Positions 56,801 through 63,062 of a stretch of DNA of 64,000 bases are shown piece after piece. The notes below the pieces were generated by a model that was not told where the DNA came from, searched no databases, and was given only the letters and a program-made list of their open reading frames with translations. A program made the position numbers and the translations under genes. Source of the stretch: Dehalococcoidia bacterium (lineage in GTDB: Bacteria > Chloroflexota > Dehalococcoidia > Lucifugimonadales > GCA-2712585); the NCBI GenBank assembly GCA_965247585.1, contig CBDFHC010000004.1, forward strand, positions 881,460 to 945,459, read 5' to 3'. Numbering within the stretch: position 1 is the first letter of the stretch; every line of letters begins with the position of its first letter.

Positions 56801-57943
56801 ATGTTCCTGTCCAAAATCCCCAAAGTTGTCTTCTTGTTGTCCCTACTCGCTTTAGTCCTTCCGTTGAGCGTCGCCAGCGGCCAAGTGGCCGGCTCCGCAG
56901 TTATACGTGATTCGTCACCCGGACTCTCGGACCAGATTTCGGTCACCCTGGCGGATGTTCCTCCCTTGGGGGACGCTGAGGCCTACGAAGGCTGGTTGGT
57001 CTCGGATGACGGTTCTGAAAAGCTGAGCGTTGGTATCCTGGCCGTGGACGCTAACGGCGTCATCGACACCTCCGGCGACCCGTACGTTAATGCCGATGGC
57101 GTAAACCTAACCTCTATTTACGATAAGTTCGTAATCACCATAGAGCCCGTGCCCGACACCGATCCGGGCCCCTCGGACAGGGCGGCATTCTCGGACCAAA
57201 TTCCTGCTGCGGGCATGGCACACATTCGCCATCTCCTCTACTCCTGGTCCGGCAACCCGGCCTACTCTTCAGGCGCCCACGAAGGCACCGCGAAGGGTAT
57301 AGTCCCAGGCCTATGGGAGCAGACCAACACCGCGCTGACCCACGCAAACCTCTCCGCCAGTTCCGCGACGCTGGCAGCGGTCCACCTTCACGCGGCGCAC
57401 GTCATCAACATTGTTGAGGGAAGCGACGGCGCTAACTTTGTCGCCGACGCGGGCAACCCCGGCGACGGCTTTGGAGTGCTGAACTACGCCGCGGACGCCC
57501 GCAAACACGCCGGGTTCATCGTCGCCGCGCTGCCTAGTGACGCTACGTTCGTGCAGTTCGAGCCCCAGGTCTCGGAGTCGTCTGATAACGTGGCGGACTG
57601 GGCCGGCCAGGCCAGGGACTTTGCCATCCTGTCCCGGAACCAGACCAATGTAACCGTGGCTACGGCCTTCATTGAAAACTCCAAGTCCTTGCTCACCCGA
57701 GCGCTCAACGGCAACGACGCCGACCGCGACGGCAGCATTGCCCTTGGGGGCAGTGAAGGCGGAGCGACCCAGACGCAGTGGGCCGCCCAGAACATGGCCA
57801 CCTACAACCCCAGGGAGGGCGCGGCGCTGCCGGCCACTGGAGACGTCAGCTGGACGCTGTTCGCCATCATAGCGTTGGCGGCAGGAGCGGTGCTGGTCAC
57901 CGCCGGCGGGCTGGTCCTCCGGCGCGGCCGGGCCACCGCGTAG
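56801..57943 (+). CDS. secreted protein with RskA-C-like N-domain and LPXTG-type C-terminal sorting signal
   Basis: Signal peptide. AYEGWLVSDDGSEKLSVGIL resembles the anti-sigma-K RskA C-terminal domain. The C-terminus LPATGD + hydrophobic stretch + RRGRATA is the classical sortase signal layout. Confidence 0.6.
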   Translation: MFLSKIPKVVFLLSLLALVLPLSVASGQVAGSAVIRDSSPGLSDQISVTLADVPPLGDAEAYEGWLVSDDGSEKLSVGILAVDANGVIDTSGDPYVNADGVNLTSIYDKFVITIEPVPDTDPGPSDRAAFSDQIPAAGMAHIRHLLYSWSGNPAYSSGAHEGTAKGIVPGLWEQTNTALTHANLSASSATLAAVHLHAAHVINIVEGSDGANFVADAGNPGDGFGVLNYAADARKHAGFIVAALPSDATFVQFEPQVSESSDNVADWAGQARDFAILSRNQTNVTVATAFIENSKSLLTRALNGNDADRDGSIALGGSEGGATQTQWAAQNMATYNPREGAALPATGDVSWTLFAIIALAAGAVLVTAGGLVLRRGRATA

Positions 57944-57967
57944 AACCTAGCTAGGCAATAACAGAAG

Positions 57968-57997
57968 AAACCCCCCGGTACCGGGGGGTTTCTTTTT
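57968..57997 (+). terminator. rho-independent terminator
   Basis: gaaaCCCCCCGGTACCGGGGGGtttcttttt, starting 25 nt after the stop at 57943. Confidence 0.7.
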
Positions 57998-58159
57998 GCC
58001 TTAGAATAGCCACACCAGTGGCATGGCGGGCCGCTCCCACCCGAAGCAAGAGCGGCCCGGAGCTCTGGCCACCGGCCGGCCTATCATGCAGTCCAGTCCG
58101 GCTAAGCGAACGGAAATACTACAGTCCAAACGGCCATTCATATATCAGAGGAGGCAACA

Positions 58160-58549
58160 ATGGTAGACAAGGAACGCAACAACCACCCGGACATTTCCCC
58201 CGCCGCAGGCACCGGAGTTCGCGCCATCAGGGCCGGCGACACGGTCTACATATCCGGCTGCACGTCCCTGGACACCCCCGCGGAGGGCGGCGACGTCATT
58301 ACTCAGGCCAAGGTCACGCTGGACAAGATAAAGCGAATTGTGGAGGCCCACGGAGGAAAGACCTCAGATATAGTGCGCATGACGATCTATGTCACCGACA
58401 TGGCCGACTTTCGGACTCACGGTCAGGAATACAACAAGCTCATGGAGGAGGTCTTCCAGGGCACCTACCCCACCAGCACCCTCATAGGCACCACGGGGCT
58501 GGCGAAACCCTCCATGAATATTGAAATTGAGGCCACCGCCGTTCTGTAG
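58160..58549 (+). CDS. RidA (YjgF/L-PSP) family protein
   Basis: 129 aa, ending ...TLIGTTGLAKPSMNIEIEATAVL, the typical RidA C-terminus. GAGGAGG upstream. Confidence 0.85.
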   Translation: MVDKERNNHPDISPAAGTGVRAIRAGDTVYISGCTSLDTPAEGGDVITQAKVTLDKIKRIVEAHGGKTSDIVRMTIYVTDMADFRTHGQEYNKLMEEVFQGTYPTSTLIGTTGLAKPSMNIEIEATAVL

Positions 58550-58725
58550 GGAGCGGCTGAGCCGTGGGATGAGAAGTTGTTAAGCGCCAGGCCTTAGTAG
58601 ATGAGCAAGGGCTGTGTTGCGGAGGAGGCTTGACGCACGCCCTCTCAATCTCCCACTCGATAGGGGGAGAGGAGTTGGCAGGCGGGCCTTGGCGAATGAG
58701 GGAGGGTTGTGTTGGCGGGGTCGCG

Positions 58726-58755
58726 TTGACCCCTGCCGCCACAGGTGGCTAGAAT
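58726..58755 (+). promoter_or_regulatory. promoter candidate (TTGACC-18 nt-TAGAAT)
   Basis: TTGACC at 58726-58731 and TAGAAT at 58750-58755, about 38 nt upstream of the first desulforedoxin-like mini-ORF. Confidence 0.4.
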
Positions 58756-58792
58756 AGTTCTATCCCCCAGCTCTCTGAAAGACGGCTTATCA

Positions 58793-58912
58793 GTGGCAAA
58801 TCAGACCGGAAAACGATACCTGTGCTCCGTATGCGGCTCCGAGTTGCTGGTCACCCGGGGCGGTGAGGGCGCCTTAATGTGCTGCAACCAGCCCATGCAG
58901 CTCAAGTCTTGA
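58793..58912 (+). CDS. desulforedoxin-like small Cys4 protein (39 aa)
   Basis: Below the ORF-track cut-off. Hand translation from GTG: VANQTGKRYLCSVCGSELLVTRGGEGALMCCNQPMQLKS*. The CxxCG...GG.G.L.CC.Q.M pattern matches desulforedoxin / Dfx N-terminal domains. Confidence 0.5.
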   Translation: MANQTGKRYLCSVCGSELLVTRGGEGALMCCNQPMQLKS

Positions 58913-58929
58913 GAGCGGTGGCTCATGCC

Positions 58930-59072
58930 GCGATGCCAACGGGCCAGCACCAAGGATGAAAATCACAGGTTTGTGGTTCCCACCCGCCCACCTCGAAAGG
59001 TTTTTAAAGAAGAAGTCTGAGGGTCACCCTCAGACTCCTGCCAGAGGGAGGATTCCCCCTCTGAACTGCCCC
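58930..59072 (+). repeat. structured intergenic repeat, copy A (diverged)
   Basis: Shares ...aaatcacaggtt[t]g[t]gg[t]...cccaccc...aaggttttt aaag...tctgagggTcaccctcagactcc... with copies B and C. The last hairpin is replaced by GAGGG-aggattc-CCCTC. Confidence 0.6.
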
Positions 59073-59122
59073 TTTCAGGCGTTTCTCACGGGACGATGTT
59101 TCTATCTTCGAGGCGATGTAGA

Positions 59123-59266
59123 GTGACCAACCAGCTAGGAAAGCGTTACACCTGCGGCCAGTGCAGCACCCTGGTCCTGTGCGTAAAGCAGGGCGACGGC
59201 ACCGTATTCTGCTGTGACCAGGAGATGGAAATTCAGGCGCCCCGTCCGTTGCCCTCGTCCGACTAG
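59123..59266 (+). CDS. desulforedoxin-like small Cys4 protein (47 aa), paralog of 58793-58912
   Basis: Hand translation from GTG: VTNQLGKRYTCGQCSTLVLCVKQGDGTVFCCDQEMEIQAPRPLPSSD*. Same CxxC...CC pattern. GAGG lies 9 nt upstream. Confidence 0.5.
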   Translation: MTNQLGKRYTCGQCSTLVLCVKQGDGTVFCCDQEMEIQAPRPLPSSD

Positions 59267-59292
59267 CGGCAAGCGGGCGGTATCTGGCCCGC

Positions 59293-60150
59293 CTAGCCCG
59301 GCAGCTCCACCACAAAGATACGATCCAGCCCGGCGAGGTCCTGCTCCACGGAAACCGTGGCGCCGGGGAACAGCTCCACTACCCTGTTTTCCAACACCGC
59401 GGACTGACCGGGGTCTATCTCCAACAGCAACATGCCATTGGGCGCCGCCTTATCTTTTGCCTGGTCCAACAATCTGAGGAGCAGGTCCACCCCTTCGGGG
59501 CCACCGTCCAGCGCCAGCCGCGGCTCGGCCCGGACCTCGGGCGAAAGCTGTTGAATTCGGTCCGCTGGGATGTAGGGCAGGTTCGCCACTATCACGTCCA
59601 CGGTCGCGTCCACCGGCTCAAGCAGGTCGCCGTGCACCATGGTTATCCTGCCGGTCAGGTTGTGACTCTGGGCGTTCGCCTTCGCCACCTCCAACGCCCC
59701 GGCGGATATGTCGGTAGCTATCATCGTAACCATGGGTAGGTGCATGGCCAGGTTGATGGCGATGCCACCGGCCCCGGTACCGACGTCCACTACCACCGGA
59801 GCACCTATCTCCATCCGCTCCAGGCACACCAGCAGGGCGCGCTCCACTAGCAGCTCCGTCTCCGGGCGCGGCACCATCACCGCCGGGGACACCGTCAGGT
59901 CTATGCCATAGAACTCCCTGTGTCCCAGTATGTAAGCCAGGGGCTCCCGGAGCAGCCGCCGCAATACGATCTGTTCAAGGTCCGCAACCTGCTGAGCGGA
60001 CAGCTCATCGTTTTGGAAGGCATACAAACGGTGTCTCGGCACGCGCAGCAGGTCCGTCAGGATCAACTCCGCTTCCAACCTTGATTCCGTCACGCCGGCG
60101 TCAGTGAGCCGGCCCCTGGTGCGTTGAAGGAATTCTCGAAGCGTGGTCAT
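59293..60150 (-). CDS. prmC: release-factor glutamine N5-methyltransferase PrmC (HemK)
   Basis: ORF trimmed to MTTLREFLQ... Contains VVDVGTGAGGIAI (SAM motif) and IVANLPYI (NPPY-type). Immediately downstream of prfA. Confidence 0.85.
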   Translation of the reverse strand: MTTLREFLQRTRGRLTDAGVTESRLEAELILTDLLRVPRHRLYAFQNDELSAQQVADLEQIVLRRLLREPLAYILGHREFYGIDLTVSPAVMVPRPETELLVERALLVCLERMEIGAPVVVDVGTGAGGIAINLAMHLPMVTMIATDISAGALEVAKANAQSHNLTGRITMVHGDLLEPVDATVDVIVANLPYIPADRIQQLSPEVRAEPRLALDGGPEGVDLLLRLLDQAKDKAAPNGMLLLEIDPGQSAVLENRVVELFPGATVSVEQDLAGLDRIFVVELPG

Positions 60151-60256
60151 GTGAGTGAGGGCGCGAAGGCCAGTCCTTGGCCGATACTTGCTTTGAGGTA
60201 CGGGTCGCTGCGAAGGGAGGGTATCGGAGAATGTTCCAGGGGAGAGGGGGGAACGA

Positions 60257-61339
60257 CTAGGCTGCCAGGGCCGCTTCCAGGCCACGCACCTGCTCGTCCA
60301 CCAGCAGCGCGCGCACCACTTCGTCTAGCCCACCGTCAAGGATTTTCTGGATGCCGTAGAAACTTTGACCAATCCGGTGATCGGTGACCCTGTCCTGGGG
60401 ATAGTTGTAGGTGCGTATCTTCTCGGCCCGGTCGCCAGTGCCCACCTGTGCCCGGCGGGATTCGACGATCTCATCAGCCTGACGCCTCTGCTCCTGGTCG
60501 TACAAGCGCGCCCTCAGAATGCCCATAGCTTTGGTCTTATTCTTGAATTGGGACCGCTCGTCCTGGCAAGTGACAACGATGCCAGTGGGCAGGTGGACAA
60601 TACGAATTGCCGTGGCCACCTTGTTGACGTTCTGCCCGCCAGCACCGCCGGCATGGAATACGTCTATACGAATGTCGTAAGCGGCTATGTTAACCTCAAC
60701 CTCGTCCGCTTCGGGCATAACGGCCACGGTGGCGGTGGAGGTGTGGAGCCTCCCCGACGCTTCCGTCAGCGGCACACGCTGCACGCGGTGCACGCCGCGC
60801 TCGTACTTCAACTGGCTGAAGGCACCTTCACCCTTCACCGCAAAGGATATTTCGTTGAAGCCTCCCAGGTCGGACGGATTGGAGTTGAGCACCTCCACCT
60901 TCCAACCCCTGATCTGGGCGTACCGCTCAATCATCCGGAATAGGTCCGCGGCGAACAGGCCCGCCTCTTGCCCCCCGGCGCCCTTGCGCACCTCCACGAT
61001 GACGTTCCGACCGTCGTTGGGGTCTCTAGGGAGAACGGCATAGCGGAGATCCTTCCCCAACGATTCGACTCGCTGGTTAAGGTCCGTCAGCTCCTCCTGA
61101 GCCAGGTCCATCAACTCCGCGTCATCGCCGTCGTTAAGGATTGCCTGGGCATCTTCTTGCTGCTCCAGAGCCGCACGAAAATGGTGGTAGAGGTTGACGG
61201 TTTTTTCCAGGCCGGACCTCTCCTTCGCCAGGACCTGAACCTTTTCATAGTCCACCGCCACCTCGGGCTGGGCCATCATGGCTGCCAGCTCGCGGTATCG
61301 GACTTCCATGGCGTCAAGCTTTTCGAAAAGTGTGCTCAT
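60257..61339 (-). CDS. prfA: peptide chain release factor 1
   Basis: 360 aa. GGQ motif (HAGGAGGQNVNKV) and RVQRVPLTEASGRLHTS in the codon-recognition region. Confidence 0.95.
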   Translation of the reverse strand: MSTLFEKLDAMEVRYRELAAMMAQPEVAVDYEKVQVLAKERSGLEKTVNLYHHFRAALEQQEDAQAILNDGDDAELMDLAQEELTDLNQRVESLGKDLRYAVLPRDPNDGRNVIVEVRKGAGGQEAGLFAADLFRMIERYAQIRGWKVEVLNSNPSDLGGFNEISFAVKGEGAFSQLKYERGVHRVQRVPLTEASGRLHTSTATVAVMPEADEVEVNIAAYDIRIDVFHAGGAGGQNVNKVATAIRIVHLPTGIVVTCQDERSQFKNKTKAMGILRARLYDQEQRRQADEIVESRRAQVGTGDRAEKIRTYNYPQDRVTDHRIGQSFYGIQKILDGGLDEVVRALLVDEQVRGLEAALAA

Positions 61340-61530
61340 AAGTTAACAATTGCAGACAAATGTGCCTTTTTTATTTTACGCCAGGGAGGGCGGCGCCAAC
61401 AAGGTAGAGGAGGGCTGGGTTCCGCTGGGGATTGTCCCCAGACCCCATACCAGAGAGCCTGTCCCTGTCTGGATTCTCCTCTCCTGAGGAGGCTTTTTGA
61501 GCGGATGTAGGGTGCCATTTTCGGGAGATT

Positions 61531-61676
61531 CAGCCAGGGCGATGGTTGGCTGCTGCTAAGGGCGACAAATCACAGGTTGGTGGTGCCCACCCACCCGCCC
61601 CGGAAGGTTTTAAAGGATTTTCTGAGGGACACCCTCAGACTCCCGGCAAAGGGGCTGTGCCCCTCTGCACTCTCCC
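61531..61676 (+). repeat. structured intergenic repeat, copy B (tandem with C, period 157 nt)
   Basis: Near-identical to 61688-61833. Internal hairpins: CAGCCA...TGGCTG, GGTGG-tgc-CCACC, CTGAGGG-aca-CCCTCAG, GGGGC-tgt-GCCCC. Confidence 0.85.
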
Positions 61677-61687
61677 ATTATGGCAAT

Positions 61688-61833
61688 CAGCCAGGGCGAC
61701 GGTTGGCTGCTGCTAAGGGCGACAAATCACAGGTTGGTGGTGCCCACCCACCCGCCCCGGAAGGTTTTAAAAGATTTTCTGAGGGACACCCTCAGACTCC
61801 CGGCAAAAGGGCTGTGCCCCTCTGCACTCTCCC
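61688..61833 (+). repeat. structured intergenic repeat, copy C
   Basis: Only a few substitutions relative to copy B (T/C at the 14th position, G/A in taaaGg/taaaAg, and an extra A in caaaagggg). Confidence 0.85.
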
Positions 61834-61848
61834 TTTTTCATCAACCTG

Positions 61849-62052
61849 TTATAGCGGCGGACGGCGGGTGTGCCAGTCCGTGGCGCGCTGGTAAGCGTAC
61901 CCGGCGTTCAGCGCGGTGGCCTCTTCAAAGGGGCGTCCGGCCAGTTGAAGGCCGATGGGCAAACCATTGCTGAAACCGCAGGGGACCGTCAGCGCCGGGA
62001 AGCCAGTCAGGTTGAACGGGCGGGTGTACTGGGTCAGCGCGGCGATGGCGCC
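61849..62052 (-). pseudogene. orphan 3'-terminal fragment of the amidase gene (left copy of a 198-bp direct repeat)
   Basis: Encodes ...[67 protein letters not shown], identical to the end of the intact amidase except for the last residue. No amidase sequence lies upstream of it. Confidence 0.8.
61855..62052. repeat. 198-bp direct repeat, left copy
   Basis: Matches 63063-63260 with one mismatch by eye (61861 a versus 63069 g). Offset is 1208 bp. Confidence 0.9.
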
Positions 62053-63062
62053 TGGACCTTGGCCGAGTAGCCGCTGGCTGGGCCGGGCCGCTTGGCCGGA
62101 CCCTGGTCCTGAATCGGCATGTCCGTGACGTTGCCCATCAGGATGGTGATGGACACGCCCACGACCGGCTCCAGCGGGATAGTCGTCAACTAGATGCCCC
62201 CAGAGACTTGCAGCTCGGTAGTTCCAACCTCGCAGTGGATTAGAGCATTGAAATGTCTTAGCCGCTGTTTGCCAAGGTAATTGAGATATGGTTCCGCTTG
62301 AACGGCTCGGATGGCCGTGCCTGAACCACCAAAGTACACCATCTCGGTTATTCAATATTGGCAGACTTCTGCAGATTGTGGCGCGCGCAGAGAATGCGCA
62401 CATTTTTAGCCGTTACGCTTGTGCCACCCTTAGAGAATGGAAGGTCGTGATCGAAGTGGAGTTGATCTGTAGCGCTGCAGATGACACAGCGCCCTTTATC
62501 TCGTTTGAATACTTCTTGCTTCACCCACGACGGTATTTGTCGACTGACCGGAATCTGAGTGTCAACCGCGTCTGTGTTTTGATCTGAATCAAACGGGGCC
62601 TGACGGAGGTAGAACTTGAACACCTTTCGATTGCCCACGTCTTGATAATGGTAATCGTGGAGTAAATAGATGCCTCGGTCTGACCAAATACCCTGTCTCA
62701 GCTTCTCGTAAACCTTGAATCTTGCATGATCCTCACCACTTGAATTCATCTTGTCTACCCAATCAGCAAACAATCCGTTCTGAGTAGGTCGACTGTTACC
62801 ATCAAATCGGGGCTGATCGACAGCCTTGGGTTCCGAACCGGGGCTTTTGTAAACATCATGGCCTTCGTAGATCAGTTCACTTTCATCATCGCTTAGCGCA
62901 TCCTCATAAGGGGCGTTCTTACGTCGCGACATCAAAATGACACCGCGCGATGGCGGTGGCCGAAAGAACATACCTCGCTGCAAAGCCATGCCTTGGCGGC
63001 TGCAAATGTCCCAATAGCTGAGGATTTCGTCCTTCATGGAGAATCCGTCACGCGTGCTACAT
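62053..63062 (-). mobile_element. ~1-kb inserted cassette carrying an HNH nuclease gene, bounded by the 198-bp direct repeats
   Basis: Lies between the two repeat copies. Hand-counted 60-nt samples inside the HNH gene give 43-48% G+C, versus about 73% for a sample in the adjacent amidase. No integrase or transposase is present. Confidence 0.6.
62348..63037 (-). CDS. HNH endonuclease with N-terminal SRA/PUA-like domain (Type IV modification-dependent restriction enzyme-like)
   Basis: 229 aa. C-terminal [22 protein letters not shown]...[10 protein letters not shown] (HNH). The N-terminal pattern VILMS...Y.D...LIYEGHD...NG.F...FKVYEK..GIW...G.Y.L...R.VFKF.L resembles SRA-like domains of McrA-type enzymes (from memory, not searched). 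Confidence 0.7.
   Translation of the reverse strand: MKDEILSYWDICSRQGMALQRGMFFRPPPSRGVILMSRRKNAPYEDALSDDESELIYEGHDVYKSPGSEPKAVDQPRFDGNSRPTQNGLFADWVDKMNSSGEDHARFKVYEKLRQGIWSDRGIYLLHDYHYQDVGNRKVFKFYLRQAPFDSDQNTDAVDTQIPVSRQIPSWVKQEVFKRDKGRCVICSATDQLHFDHDLPFSKGGTSVTAKNVRILCARHNLQKSANIE

Noticed and set aside
56449-56946. 165-aa minus-strand ORF spanning the 56467-56800 spacer
   Set aside because: It overlaps the start of the well-supported plus-strand secreted-protein gene and its promoter and RBS. Its sequence is low in complexity.
58601-58737. Two ~42-nt imperfect direct repeats (atgag..gg.tgtgttg...ttgac), each containing a TTGAC, upstream of the first desulforedoxin-like ORF
   Set aside because: Identity is only about three quarters by eye, with an indel. 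Chance similarity in G-rich sequence cannot be excluded without statistics.
61531-61833. Tandem repeats as a CRISPR array
   Set aside because: There are only two units, each about 146 nt long, separated by 11 nt. There are no unique spacers and no cas genes.
61577-61973. ORFs 61577-61894 and 61680-61973 sharing the peptide VVPTHPPRKVLKDFLRDTLRLPAKGLCPSALS
   Set aside because: The shared peptide simply reflects translation of the tandem DNA repeat. There is no start/RBS context, and the same element occurs in both orientations elsewhere.
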